A stretch of DNA of 60,963 nucleotides from a bacterium. Its GTDB lineage: Bacteria > Krumholzibacteriota > Krumholzibacteriia > G020349025. A program made the position numbers and the translations under genes. The stretch spans positions 1-60,963 of the forward strand of contig JANLSU010000130.1 of NCBI GenBank assembly GCA_031362565.1, written 5' to 3'. Of this stretch, positions 48,945-59,358 are shown piece after piece (the stretch's first letter is position 1; each line of letters opens with the position of its first letter). Below the pieces are notes generated by a model. The model saw nothing but the letters and a program-made list of their open reading frames with translations. It was not told where the DNA came from and ran no database searches.

Positions 48945-49895
48945 ATGGCGGACAACAGCCCGATCGATCGCGACGCGATTCGCGCCGCGGCAAAGCTCAT
49001 TCGGCCGCATGTGCGGTGCACGCCCATTTTGGAACTCGAGCGCGCCGACTTCGGTCTCGATGCGGGCCGCGCCGTTCTCAAGCTCGAGCTTTTTCAGCAC
49101 ACCGGCTCTTTCAAGACGCGCGGCGCGTTCACGAACATGCTGTTGCGCGCGATTCCGGCCTCCGGGGTCGTGGCCGCTTCCGGTGGCAATCATGGTGCGG
49201 CGGTCGCCTACGCGGCGATGAAGCTCGGCGTGCCGGCGCGTATCTTCGTGCCGACCGTGGCGTCGCCCGCCAAGATGGCGCGGATTCGTTCGTATGGTGC
49301 GGAACTCGTGGTCGGCGGTGAGCGTTATGCTGATGCGCTCGCGGCCAGCGAAGCGTGGGTCGCGGAATCGGGCGCGCTCGCCATCCATGCCTACGACCAA
49401 CAGGAAACCCTGGTCGGCCAGGGGACGTTGGGACTGGAACTCGAAGCCCAGGACCCCGGTCTCGACACACTCTTGGTGGCGGTCGGTGGCGGTGGTTTGA
49501 TCGGTGGCGTCGCCGCCTGGTATGGCCGCCGACTGAATCTCATCGGCGTCGAGCCCGAAGCCGCGCCGACGCTCGAGCACGCCTTGCGCGCCGGCCATCC
49601 CGTCGACGCGCCGGCGGGCGGCATCGCGGCCGATTCACTCGCACCCAAGCGGGTCGGCGCGCTCATGTTCCCGATTGCGGTCGAAGCCGTGCGCCAAGTC
49701 GTGCTGGTCACCGATGCGGCGATCGTCGAGGCGCAAAAAACACTCTGGGAAAAGGTGCGCGTCGTGGCCGAACCGGGTGGCGCCGCGGCGCTCGCGGCAC
49801 TGCTTTCGGGCCTATATGTCCCGGCCCCGGGCGAGCGGGTGGGGATCGTCGTCTGCGGTGGCAATACCGAGGCCGTCGATTTCACGCCACGCTAA
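48945..49895 (+). CDS. PLP-dependent threonine/serine dehydratase family protein
   Basis: KLELFQHTGSFKTRGA, ASGGNHG, VGGGGL, EPGGA. Confidence 0.9.
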   Translation: MADNSPIDRDAIRAAAKLIRPHVRCTPILELERADFGLDAGRAVLKLELFQHTGSFKTRGAFTNMLLRAIPASGVVAASGGNHGAAVAYAAMKLGVPARIFVPTVASPAKMARIRSYGAELVVGGERYADALAASEAWVAESGALAIHAYDQQETLVGQGTLGLELEAQDPGLDTLLVAVGGGGLIGGVAAWYGRRLNLIGVEPEAAPTLEHALRAGHPVDAPAGGIAADSLAPKRVGALMFPIAVEAVRQVVLVTDAAIVEAQKTLWEKVRVVAEPGGAAALAALLSGLYVPAPGERVGIVVCGGNTEAVDFTPR

Positions 49896-49905
49896 GCGCG
49901 TTCAA

Positions 49906-50823
49906 TCAGGTCTTGCCGGCGGGGTATGCGTTCCGCGTCGTCGCCGCGACGCGCCGCAGCGCCGGCGCGAGTGGCGAACGCTTCCGCCACACGAGCGCAA
50001 TCGTGCGGAACGGCGCCGGCTTGGCAAACGCCCGCACCCGTAGGTTGGCGCGCTGGGTTTCGATCGGGACCGCGAGTTGCGGCAGAAGAGTCACCCCGGC
50101 GCCACCGGCCACCATCTGCGCCAGGGTCGAAAGGCTGGTGGCGCGAAACGCCAGCTCGTGAGCTTTGGCATCGGCACAAAACGCCAGGGCCTGGTCGCGA
50201 AAACAATGCCCATCATCCAAGAGCAAGACGTCCAGATCCGCGAGTTCGGCCGGACGCGCCGGCGTCTTCCGTTTGCACACCCGGTTGCCGAGCGGCGCCG
50301 CGAGGACGAACATGTCACGCGCGACGACCTCGCGCTCGACGTCGCCGACGTTGGCTTCGAGGGCCAAGAGTGCCGCTTCGGATTCACCGGCCTCGAGGCT
50401 CCGCAGCAGCACATCGGTCTTGTCTTCGACCCAAACGATCGTCAGATGCGGGTGCGCGGCGCGCAGCGCCGGTGTGAGGGCCGGCAACAGATAGGGCGAA
50501 ATCGTCGGGATGACCCCGATCCGAAGCGTGCTCGCCAACGGATCCTCGGCGCGCTTGGCGGCATCGGCGAGGCCGTCGGTGTCGCGCAGGATCCGGCGGG
50601 CGCGTTCAATCAGCTCACGTCCCGCGGCTGTTGGGAGGACGCGCCGTTGATTACGCTCGAACAGACGGACGCCGAGTGCGGTCTCGAGCGCCGCAATCTG
50701 GGCGCTGAGCGATGGCTGCGAGACCCCGCAGCGCTCGGCCGCCTTGCGGAAGCTCAACAGGTCGGCGACCGCGACGGCGTACTGCATCTGGCGCAGCGAG
50801 AAAGGATGCGAGGAATGCTCCAT
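49906..50823 (-). CDS. oxyR: Hydrogen-peroxide-sensing LysR regulator
   Basis: LysR HTH; GHCFRDQALAFC with both redox cysteines; divergent from catalase. Confidence 0.9.
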   Translation of the reverse strand: MEHSSHPFSLRQMQYAVAVADLLSFRKAAERCGVSQPSLSAQIAALETALGVRLFERNQRRVLPTAAGRELIERARRILRDTDGLADAAKRAEDPLASTLRIGVIPTISPYLLPALTPALRAAHPHLTIVWVEDKTDVLLRSLEAGESEAALLALEANVGDVEREVVARDMFVLAAPLGNRVCKRKTPARPAELADLDVLLLDDGHCFRDQALAFCADAKAHELAFRATSLSTLAQMVAGGAGVTLLPQLAVPIETQRANLRVRAFAKPAPFRTIALVWRKRSPLAPALRRVAATTRNAYPAGKT

Positions 50824-50858
50824 AGCCGGAGCCTATCACTTCCATCGGCACATTGTCT
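50822..50858. promoter_or_regulatory. OxyR binding site ATAG-N7-CTAT-N7-ATCG-N7-GTCT
   Basis: First two tetramers match the OxyR consensus exactly; overlaps the oxyR start codon. Confidence 0.65.
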
Positions 50859-50941
50859 TGGACCCCATGGCGGCGCGCGCCGCATTCTTCGCGGCGTACG
50901 CTCGTGGCGAAGTCCAGCTTTGAACGACCAAGGAGACGCAC

Positions 50942-52423
50942 ATGTCGAAGCGACCCAAACTAACCACTGAGGCTGGGAAGCCCGTCCTCGACAACCAGCA
51001 CTCGGAAACCGCCGGGCCCGCGGGGCCGGCGCTGCTGCAGGACCACCATCTGATCGAGAAGCTGGCAAGATTCAATCGCGAGCGGATTCCGGAGCGCATC
51101 GTGCACGCTGTCGGCAGCGGCGCGTACGGGTATCTCGAAGTGACGAACGCCCAAGTGTCGCAATGGACGAAGATGAAGGTGTTCTCGCCGGCCGGCAAGC
51201 GGACGCCGCTCTTCATTCGCTTCTCGACGGTCGCGGGCGGGCGAGGCGCCGCCGACACGGCGCGTGATCCGCGCGGCTTCGCGGTGAAGTTCTACACCGA
51301 GGACGGCAACTGGGACCTCGTCGGCAACAATACGCCGGTGTTCTTCTTGCGCGACGGCATCAAGTTCCCCGACTTCATCCACTCGCAGAAGCTCGATCCG
51401 TATACGAACCGCCAGGAACCCGACAACGTCTGGGATTTCTTTTCGCACTCACCGGAAGCAACCCACCAATTCGTGTGGTTGTTCGGTGATCGCGGCCTTC
51501 CGGCGTCGCTGCGGCAGATGGATGGCTTCGGCTCGCACACTTTCCAGTGGGTGAATGCCAAGGGCGAGCGCTTCTGGGTGAAGTTCCATTTCAAAACCGA
51601 TCAAGGCATCCACTGCCTGACGTCCGACGAGGCGGCGGCGCGCGCCGGCAAGGACCCATCGGCCACCCACAAGGATCTCTACGACGCCATCGAACGCGGC
51701 GAATATCCGTCGTGGACGCTCAAAGTGCAGGTCATGCCCGAGGCGGCGGCCGCCACGTACCGTTTCAACCCCTTCGATCTCACCAAGGTGTGGCCGTACG
51801 CCGACTACCCGCTGATTCCGGTTGGCAAGATGGTGCTCGACCGCTTGCCCGAGAACTACTTTGCGGAAGTCGAGCAAGCGGCATTCGATCCGGCCAACAT
51901 GGTGCCGGGCATCGGCCCGTCACCGGATCGCATGTTGCAGGCACGGCTCTTCGCCTACGGCGACGCGCATCGCTACCGGCTCGGCATCAATCACACCCGG
52001 CTGCCGGTGAATGCGCCCAAGGAGGTTGCAGGTGGCGCCAGCAACTACGGCCGTGATGGCGCGATGCGTTTCGACGCCAACGGCGGCCGCACCAAGAATT
52101 ACGAACCCAATTCCTTCGACGGCCCAATGCAAACCGGTGAGCGGCACGAGACCGGCTTCAACGTCAGCGGCGCGACCGGACCGGCCGTGCCGTTCAGCCA
52201 TGTCGAGGACAACGACTTCGTGCAGGCAGGCGCGCTCTACCGGGTGATGAAGGCCGACGAGCGCGAGCGGCTCGTTGCGAACATCGCCGGCAGTATGGCG
52301 CAAGTGGGGCGCGACGATGTCGTTGAACGATCGATCGGCCACTTCCGGGCAGCGGACGCGGAGTTCGGCAAGAAGCTCGCGGACACGGTCGCGGTCCTGC
52401 GTCGTGCAAGGAGTTCGAAATGA
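50942..52423 (+). CDS. katA: Monofunctional heme catalase (small subunit)
   Basis: [40 protein letters not shown]. Confidence 0.96.
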   Translation: MSKRPKLTTEAGKPVLDNQHSETAGPAGPALLQDHHLIEKLARFNRERIPERIVHAVGSGAYGYLEVTNAQVSQWTKMKVFSPAGKRTPLFIRFSTVAGGRGAADTARDPRGFAVKFYTEDGNWDLVGNNTPVFFLRDGIKFPDFIHSQKLDPYTNRQEPDNVWDFFSHSPEATHQFVWLFGDRGLPASLRQMDGFGSHTFQWVNAKGERFWVKFHFKTDQGIHCLTSDEAAARAGKDPSATHKDLYDAIERGEYPSWTLKVQVMPEAAAATYRFNPFDLTKVWPYADYPLIPVGKMVLDRLPENYFAEVEQAAFDPANMVPGIGPSPDRMLQARLFAYGDAHRYRLGINHTRLPVNAPKEVAGGASNYGRDGAMRFDANGGRTKNYEPNSFDGPMQTGERHETGFNVSGATGPAVPFSHVEDNDFVQAGALYRVMKADERERLVANIAGSMAQVGRDDVVERSIGHFRAADAEFGKKLADTVAVLRRARSSK

Positions 52424-52974
52424 GCCCCCTGGGTTCGAGTCTGGCGCCGGACGGAGCCGGCGCGCCGGATGAAGAGGCGCTGGCCATCGCTCGCGCCGCC
52501 TTTCAGCACGCCCGGGCCGGCGACGCGGCCGCGCTACGCGGCCTTCTCGACCTCGGGCTGCCGGTGGACGCGCGCAACGAGAAGGGCGATAGCCTTCTCA
52601 TGCTCGCGAGTTACAACGGCCATCTCGATGCGGCGCGTTTGCTCCTCGAACGTGGCGCCGACGCTGGATTGCGCAATGATCGCGGCCAGACAGTCCTCGC
52701 GGGCGCGGCGTTCAAGGGGGACACCGCCGTCGTGCGGCTCCTGCTCGAGCATGGTGCACCGGCGGACGGCGCGGCACCGGATGGCAAAACGCCGCTTTTC
52801 TTCGCCGCGATGTTCGATCGCATCGAAGTCATCGAGATCCTGCTCGCACACGGGGCTGTCGCTGATCGCCCGGACGCCGCCGGCGCGAGCGCTCTCGACC
52901 TGGCGCGCGGCATGGGTGCCGAGCGGGCCGCGGCCCGGCTCGCAACGGCACTGGCGGTGCGCGGCCCCGGCTAG
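52420..52974 (+). CDS. Ankyrin repeat protein (AnkB-like, catalase-associated)
   Basis: [38 protein letters not shown] overlap with catalase. Confidence 0.88.
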   Translation: MSPLGSSLAPDGAGAPDEEALAIARAAFQHARAGDAAALRGLLDLGLPVDARNEKGDSLLMLASYNGHLDAARLLLERGADAGLRNDRGQTVLAGAAFKGDTAVVRLLLEHGAPADGAAPDGKTPLFFAAMFDRIEVIEILLAHGAVADRPDAAGASALDLARGMGAERAAARLATALAVRGPG

Positions 52975-53063
52975 TACGATGCGGCGCGCCGCCCCTTGGG
53001 GACAGGGGCGGCATCTTGGGCTCAAAGACGCGCCTGAATCACACCCAACCGCGGAGGCGTGAC

Positions 53064-54464
53064 GTGTCGGACGCGACGTACGCACCCATCACGGGGCCAT
53101 CGGACGAACGCACCCTCTTCGGACACCCGCGCGGACTCTACGTTTTGTTCCTGACCGAGATGTGGGAGCGGTTCTCCTATTACGGCATGCGGTCGTTGCT
53201 CGTGCTGTACATGGTGAACCACCTGTTTATCAATCCCGACGTCGGCCAGCGCGTTCTCGGGTTCAACGCCCTCAAGGGAGCGCTCGAGTCGGCGTTCGGG
53301 CCGCTCGCGGTCCAGCCTCTCTCGTCGCAGATCTACGGCATCTACACGGCACTTGTGTACCTGACGCCGTTCTTCGGCGGGATGCTCGCCGACCGGGTCC
53401 TCGGCCAGCGCCGCACCGTCGTGCTGGGCGCCATCCTCATGGCGATCGGCCATTTCTTGATGGCGAGCGAGGCGTTGTTCTTTCCGGCGCTCTTCTGTCT
53501 GATTCTCGGCAATGGCGCTTTCAAACCGAATATCTCGACGCAGGTCGGGCTCTTGTACAAGCAAGGTGATCCGCGCCGCGACGGTGCGTACACGATCTTC
53601 TACATGGGTGTGAACCTCGGCGCCTTTCTGTCGCCGCTCGTGTGCGGGACTCTGGGCCAGAAAGTCGGCTGGCACTATGGCTTCGGTGCGGCGGGCGTCG
53701 GCATGATCTTGGGTCTCATCCTGTACCTGTCGGGGCAGAAATACCTGGCGCCCGATGTCTTGACGCAGAGCCGCGCTGCGGCCGCGGTCAAGGTCAAGAT
53801 GACCCGCGCCGAATGGTTGCGCGTCATGTCCTTGGTGCTGATCTGCGCCCTCAACGTTGTCTTTTGGGCGTGCTACGAGCAGCAGGGCAACACCATGCAG
53901 TTGTGGGCGGACCAGAACACGAATTGGACTTTCTTTGGGTGGACGGTGCCGTCGACGTGGTTCCAGTCGTTCAATCCCATTATGATCTTCATCTTCGCGC
54001 CGCTCTTGAACTTCTTCTGGGCGTGGCAATCGCGGCGCAAGCAAGAGCCCTCCAGCATCATGAAGATGGCGATCGGCTGTTTCCTGCTGGGGATGTCGTT
54101 CATCATCATGATCCTCGCCGCCCAGGGATTCACTCCCGACGCCAAGCGCAGCTTGCTGTGGCTCACCGGCACGACCTTCATCTTGACGATTGGTGAGCTG
54201 TACTTGTCGCCCGTCGGGCTGTCGTTCGTCACCAAGATCGCGCCGCCGCGCATGGTCTCCATGCTGATGGGCGTCTGGTATCTGGCGAATTTCGCCGGCA
54301 ACTATCTCAGCGGCTATTTGGGCACCTTCTGGGAAAAGATGCCGCGCCAGGAATTCTTCCTGATGCTGACCGTGCTCGGCGTCACATCCGGGATCGCGAT
54401 GTTCCTGATCGGCCGGCCGCTCAACAAGATCGTCGGCAGTCACGACCGCGGCGAAGTGGCGTGA
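53064..54464 (+). CDS. POT-family proton-dependent oligopeptide transporter
   Basis: GHPRGL, EMWERFSYYGM, FYMGVNLG, ELYLSPVGLS. Confidence 0.93.
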   Translation: MSDATYAPITGPSDERTLFGHPRGLYVLFLTEMWERFSYYGMRSLLVLYMVNHLFINPDVGQRVLGFNALKGALESAFGPLAVQPLSSQIYGIYTALVYLTPFFGGMLADRVLGQRRTVVLGAILMAIGHFLMASEALFFPALFCLILGNGAFKPNISTQVGLLYKQGDPRRDGAYTIFYMGVNLGAFLSPLVCGTLGQKVGWHYGFGAAGVGMILGLILYLSGQKYLAPDVLTQSRAAAAVKVKMTRAEWLRVMSLVLICALNVVFWACYEQQGNTMQLWADQNTNWTFFGWTVPSTWFQSFNPIMIFIFAPLLNFFWAWQSRRKQEPSSIMKMAIGCFLLGMSFIIMILAAQGFTPDAKRSLLWLTGTTFILTIGELYLSPVGLSFVTKIAPPRMVSMLMGVWYLANFAGNYLSGYLGTFWEKMPRQEFFLMLTVLGVTSGIAMFLIGRPLNKIVGSHDRGEVA

Positions 54465-54516
54465 TGCGGCGCGAATCCCGGATGACGGGCGTTGCCGTCC
54501 GGGCCTCGAGGTCAAG

Positions 54517-56067
54517 TTGAACGGGCGAACGGCCTTCTATCCCTTGCGTTCCAGTGTCGCACCCGCTGGCGGGGTGGCGAGCCTGGACCTGCCGTCCGAT
54601 CTGCAGGCGCGCACCAGCCACCGCATTCAACGGCTCGCGCTCGTACTCACGCTGCTGAGTGTGGTGACGACCATCCTGTCGTTCTTTTCACCGGGCAACG
54701 GCCCGCCGTCGCCGGTGGGCCGCGCCGGCGACCTGATGTTTTGTGTGATCTCGGCCGCAGTGTACTTGGCGGTGCGCAGCCGGCGCTTGGGCAATGCGCG
54801 GGTCCGCGATCTCGGCATGGTGTACGAGGTGTTGCTTTGCCTCAACATCTCGGTCGGCAGCGTTTGGGTATCCTGGCTGGAGACCGGACACTTGCCGCCG
54901 CTCACGTGGACGGCGGTCCTCATCGTGCTTTTTCCGCTCGTCATCCCGAGCCGGCCGCGACGGACGCTGATCACGGCTTTGGCCGGTGCGGCCACCGCGC
55001 CTTTGGGGCTCGGAATCCTGGCCGCAATGCATGCCATTCCGGTGCGGCCCGGCGACTACATCGACGTCGCGGTGCGGCCGCTCATGTGCGTTGCACTGGC
55101 CTACTTTGGGTCGCGCGTCATCTATGGGATCAGCATGGACGTCGCCCGGGCGCGCGAAATGGGCAGCTACCATCTCGAATCGCTCCTCGGTCGTGGCGGG
55201 ATGGGAGAGGTGTGGCGTGCCAGCCACCGCCTGCTGGCGCGCCCGGCGGCAATCAAGTTGATCCGCGTCGACTGGCTCGTCAACTCACAGCCCGGCAACC
55301 GCAAGATCATTCTGGAGCGTTTCGAGCGCGAGGCACAGGCGACGGCCGCGATGCGTTCGCCACATACCGTGCAACTGTACGATTACGGCGTGACCGAGCA
55401 GGGTTTCTTCTACTACGCGATGGAACTTCTGGACGGGCTCGATCTGCAAGCGCTCGTCGAACGCCATGGGCCGCTGCCGCCGGAACGCACCATCCATCTG
55501 CTGGCTCAAGTCTGCCACTCGCTTGCCGAGGCTCACGGCAAGGATCTCATCCATCGCGACATCAAGCCGGCGAACGTCTACGTCTGCCGCTACGGCCGCG
55601 AATTCGATTTCGTGAAGTTGCTGGACTTCGGGTTGGTGGAGAGCCGGGCCGGTGCGGACGCGACAGAAACCATGGACGGCACAACGGTTGCGGTGGGCAC
55701 GCTCGGGTACATGTCACCCGAACAAGTCCTTGGCAGCTCGCTCGACGCACGCGCCGACCTGTACTCGGTGGGGTGTCTCGCGTATTGGCTGTTGACCGGC
55801 CGCAAAGTGTTCGACGGTGAGAACCCGAACCGAATTCTCCTGCAGCACGTGCAAGCGGCGCCGGGCCCGCCATCCCAGTGGGCGTTCGGCGCGATTCCAC
55901 CAGGCCTCGACGCGATCGTTCTCGCGTGCCTCGAGAAGGATCCCGATCGCCGGCCCCAGAGTGCCGATGCGCTGGCGCAACAGTTGATGCAATGCACGCC
56001 CACGGACGTGTGGAGTCCCGAACGGGCGGCCGCGTGGTGGAAAGCCCACGTGCCGGCAGCAGCGTGA
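54517..56067 (+). CDS. Ser/Thr protein kinase with N-terminal multi-TM region
   Basis: About 5-6 TM, then GRGGMGEV, AAIK, HRDIKPAN, DFG; start codon uncertain. Confidence 0.88.
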   Translation: MNGRTAFYPLRSSVAPAGGVASLDLPSDLQARTSHRIQRLALVLTLLSVVTTILSFFSPGNGPPSPVGRAGDLMFCVISAAVYLAVRSRRLGNARVRDLGMVYEVLLCLNISVGSVWVSWLETGHLPPLTWTAVLIVLFPLVIPSRPRRTLITALAGAATAPLGLGILAAMHAIPVRPGDYIDVAVRPLMCVALAYFGSRVIYGISMDVARAREMGSYHLESLLGRGGMGEVWRASHRLLARPAAIKLIRVDWLVNSQPGNRKIILERFEREAQATAAMRSPHTVQLYDYGVTEQGFFYYAMELLDGLDLQALVERHGPLPPERTIHLLAQVCHSLAEAHGKDLIHRDIKPANVYVCRYGREFDFVKLLDFGLVESRAGADATETMDGTTVAVGTLGYMSPEQVLGSSLDARADLYSVGCLAYWLLTGRKVFDGENPNRILLQHVQAAPGPPSQWAFGAIPPGLDAIVLACLEKDPDRRPQSADALAQQLMQCTPTDVWSPERAAAWWKAHVPAAA

Positions 56068-56070
56068 ATG

Positions 56071-56892
56071 TCACGGGGTCGAGAGCCGCACCGGCTTGCT
56101 GAATCCGGGATCGTCGAGTTCGAACTCCACCGGCACCCGGATCCAGTAACCTTCCGCAAGTTGGTATTGCTTGGGAAGCTGCAGACGCCATTGTTGAAGC
56201 GCTTCGATCGCGGTCAGCTCGAAACTGCGGGTCGATGCGATCGCGGGGTCGGCGGTTGCCTCTTGAACCCGGGCCTCGCCGACTTCGCCCTCCGCCGTGA
56301 TTCGCAACGCGACGATGACTCGCCCCGAAATGCGGTGCTGCAACTCGTACTCCGGATACGTCGGCTTGACGAGTTTCAGAATGACGAACTGTTCCGAAAA
56401 CGGCACATCGGGTTGCAATCCCGGTTCTTGGATGGGCGGATCCGCCTCTTGGTTGTCGGTCGACACGCCGCCTTCACCGTGCGTGCCGGCCGCGCCATCC
56501 ACGCGTGACATGGGACGCGCGCCGTCGGGGCTCGGTGTGGATCGCGTCTTTGTGGCGTGGGCGCGATCGAGCTGCTGTGCCGGCGCACCGCGCGATTGCG
56601 CCGGCTGCTCGGCTTGCACCCGGTGCCGGGTGCTCTGTACACCGTTCTGCGGCGCTCTGAACAAGTAAGAGCGCATTGCATTCGCCTGTAGTTCGTCGAT
56701 GTGGTCGGAGTAGTGCGTTGGCCCCAGATACCCGAGGAAGAGCGGCGGCTCGGGAATCGTCCGTGGCATGGAATGGAACAGGTTGAGGCGCGGCGAGAAA
56801 AAGACCAGGAACCCGATGAGCAGGTGGGTGGCGCCGGACGCAATGAACCAACGTCTCGACGTCGACGGCAACTCCTCCTCGGGCCGGCTCAT
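56071..56892 (-). CDS. TonB-family energy transducer
   Basis: N-terminal TM with His; C-terminal KPTYPE..GRVIV..ALQQWR..VPVEF. Confidence 0.75.
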   Translation of the reverse strand: MSRPEEELPSTSRRWFIASGATHLLIGFLVFFSPRLNLFHSMPRTIPEPPLFLGYLGPTHYSDHIDELQANAMRSYLFRAPQNGVQSTRHRVQAEQPAQSRGAPAQQLDRAHATKTRSTPSPDGARPMSRVDGAAGTHGEGGVSTDNQEADPPIQEPGLQPDVPFSEQFVILKLVKPTYPEYELQHRISGRVIVALRITAEGEVGEARVQEATADPAIASTRSFELTAIEALQQWRLQLPKQYQLAEGYWIRVPVEFELDDPGFSKPVRLSTP

Positions 56893-57132
56893 GGTCCGCG
56901 TCGACACTGCAACCTTCCATTCGGGGGCATCTTGCGATTCTCCCGACTTGGGGCCCGGCGATGCCCAGAGTGTATCAAGAATGCGCGGCAGGTGTTGCAG
57001 GGCGCGCCGCCCGCTCAGCATTCGACGGGGCGCCGCGCTCGGCCGGGTCTCCGGGGGCAGAGGTTCCAGGCATTGGATATGCACAAAAACACCAGCTTGA
57101 CGGTCCGGTACGTAATCGCTACAGTGATCTTG

Positions 57133-57149
57133 TTGAGACTGAGTCTCAA
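57133..57149. promoter_or_regulatory. Perfect 8-1-8 palindrome TTGAGACT-G-AGTCTCAA, Fur-family box
   Basis: Between divergent TonB and FTR1 genes; resembles the 7-1-7 TGAGAAT-N-ATTCTCA Fur box. Confidence 0.7.
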
Positions 57150-57244
57150 TCGCAAGGGGTCTGCCGACGGAACCACGGCGCTGTCGCTCGAGGATCGATC
57201 GACGCGCAACGGGTCGGCGCCATGGCAACCGAGGGAGTTCGCGG

Positions 57245-58099
57245 ATGCTGCAGGCATTCATCATCATTCTGCGCGAAGGCTTCGAGGCATTTCTGCTCGT
57301 GGCGATCGTGTTGGCCTACTTGCGACGGACCGGGCGCACATGGTCGATCCCGGCGGTGTACTGGGGCCTGGTCGCTTCGGTGGTGGCCAGCGTCGGGCTC
57401 GGCTACCTGCTGAAGAACGGTGTCGACGAAGCGCTGCTGCAGAAAGTCATCGGGGCACGTCTTGCCGCATCGGCAACCCGCTTCTTCAACATCGAGTCGT
57501 GGCGTGAGGCAGTCCTTGGCGTGGTGACGATTCTCTTCGTCGGCACGTTGGTGATCCATATGTGGAGAACCGGCCCGAGCGCCAAACGCGACATGGAGCA
57601 GCGCCTTGACGTCGCCGCATCGCGGTCGTCGCGTTTCCTGGCGCTGGGTGGCATTTTCCTGTTCACCGTCTTGATGATCACCCGCGAAGGCATGGAGACG
57701 GCGCTCCTGCTGTTGCAAGTTCACGACCGGCAATGGGTGTATGGCGCGCTGTTCGGGGTTGGAGCTGCCGCACTCATGGCGTGGGCGTGGTCGAAGTTCG
57801 GCCAACTCGTCAATCTGAAGCGTTTCTTCCAGGTTACCGCCATCTTCCTCATGCTCTTCATGGTGCAGGTTGCGATCTACACGTTCCACGAGTTCACCGA
57901 GGCGGGTGTGTTCCCGAACAGCGAAGCCCTGCACGTCGCGACCGAGCCGTTCTCGCCGGTGGGCCTTTACGGCAAATGGTTCTCGCCGCTGATGATCGCG
58001 GTCTGTGCTTGCTGGCTCGTGGGGGCGCATTTCGTGGATCGATCCAAGACCAAGTCCAAGCGCGGCCCTCTGCAACCGCTCGGCCACGGCTCGCACTGA
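57245..58099 (+). CDS. FTR1/EfeU-family iron permease
   Basis: Two REGxE motifs (LREGFEA, TREGMET); multi-TM. Confidence 0.92.
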   Translation: MLQAFIIILREGFEAFLLVAIVLAYLRRTGRTWSIPAVYWGLVASVVASVGLGYLLKNGVDEALLQKVIGARLAASATRFFNIESWREAVLGVVTILFVGTLVIHMWRTGPSAKRDMEQRLDVAASRSSRFLALGGIFLFTVLMITREGMETALLLLQVHDRQWVYGALFGVGAAALMAWAWSKFGQLVNLKRFFQVTAIFLMLFMVQVAIYTFHEFTEAGVFPNSEALHVATEPFSPVGLYGKWFSPLMIAVCACWLVGAHFVDRSKTKSKRGPLQPLGHGSH

Positions 58100-58110
58100 T
58101 TGGCGCTTCC

Positions 58111-59220
58111 TTAGACGAGGTCCGCCAGAAACGTGCGCGCCGGCATCAGGCGAATACTGCGGGAGACTTGCACGTCCTTGCTGCCGGTTGCGGAGAGCTG
58201 ATACGCCGGCGTGTTTGGAAATCGGTCCGAGAGATATCGCAACGACGGCGCCACCTCTCGGTCGCTGAACTTGCACTCGACAAGCATGATCGGCTTGCGG
58301 TCCTCGACCACGACGAAATCGACCTCGCGACCGTCGACATCGCGGAAGTAGCGTAACTCAATCGACCGGCCGGCCGCATCGCGCTGGAAGTCCACCCACT
58401 TGAGAAGATGTGACCCGACCAAGTTCTCGAAACGGAACGCCTTGTCGGGCACAACGGACCAATCAAAATGGTAGTGCTTTCGTTCCTTCTTGACGGCCCG
58501 GGTCTTCGGCGCACCGAACGGCGCGACTCGGAAGATCCCGTACATCCGCTCGAGCACATCGAGCCAGCGAGACACCGTCTGGTGATTCAACTGTAGGTCC
58601 TCGCGCAGCGCGTTGACCGACAACGGGCTGCCGACGAGTTCCGGCAGGCGCAACACCAAGAGCTCGAGCGCGCCCAGGTTCTGAATGTTCTCGACTGCGG
58701 CGATCTCTTCGCGGACGAGCCGCTCTCGATAGTCGATCGACCAGCGCTTGGCTTGGATCGCGGACCCACTCAGGAACGGTTCCGGGAACCCGCCGAGTGT
58801 CAGCAGCGCCGTGAAGTCTGCGGCCGTAGTACCCAGTTCCGCCACCGAGAACGGATGCAGGCGCAGGAAATGATACCGTCCCTGCAGCGAGTCGCCACCG
58901 AAGCGGTACAGGTCGAGCCGTGCACTTCCGGTCACCAGGATGCGCTTCTGCGTGTGAAACTCATCAAAGACGCCTTTGATGTAGTTTCGCCAGCCACGAT
59001 ACTTGTGGATCTCGTCGAAGACGAGCAGCTTGGTGGACGGCAGCTCGCGCTTCAAAATGTGCTGACGCTGTGCTGGGATGTCCCAGTTCAGGTATCCAGC
59101 CGTCGAGCGCCCCAGGATCGCCTTCGCAAGGAAGGTTTTGCCAACCTGGCGAGGACCCCCCAAGAGAACCATTTTGCGGCCGAGATCGGCCCGGACTTGC
59201 TTTTCGAGGTAGCGTTTCAT
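58111..59220 (-). CDS. AAA_14 ATPase with DUF4143 (PD-(D/E)xK-like) C-terminus
   Basis: GPRQVGKT, FDEIH, TGSA, GGFPE, EVDFVV..VECK. Confidence 0.9.
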   Translation of the reverse strand: MKRYLEKQVRADLGRKMVLLGGPRQVGKTFLAKAILGRSTAGYLNWDIPAQRQHILKRELPSTKLLVFDEIHKYRGWRNYIKGVFDEFHTQKRILVTGSARLDLYRFGGDSLQGRYHFLRLHPFSVAELGTTAADFTALLTLGGFPEPFLSGSAIQAKRWSIDYRERLVREEIAAVENIQNLGALELLVLRLPELVGSPLSVNALREDLQLNHQTVSRWLDVLERMYGIFRVAPFGAPKTRAVKKERKHYHFDWSVVPDKAFRFENLVGSHLLKWVDFQRDAAGRSIELRYFRDVDGREVDFVVVEDRKPIMLVECKFSDREVAPSLRYLSDRFPNTPAYQLSATGSKDVQVSRSIRLMPARTFLADLV

Positions 59221-59358
59221 TCCGAGAGCCTATTCCGGTGGATCGTGAATTACAAGCGAGTTTATTACGGTCGATCGTGAAAAACTCTTGCTGGCCCACG
59301 CTGCGCCCAGGACGGCGCTGATCCGTTAGGATCTCCGCCGGACCAAAGGGAGAGCCCA

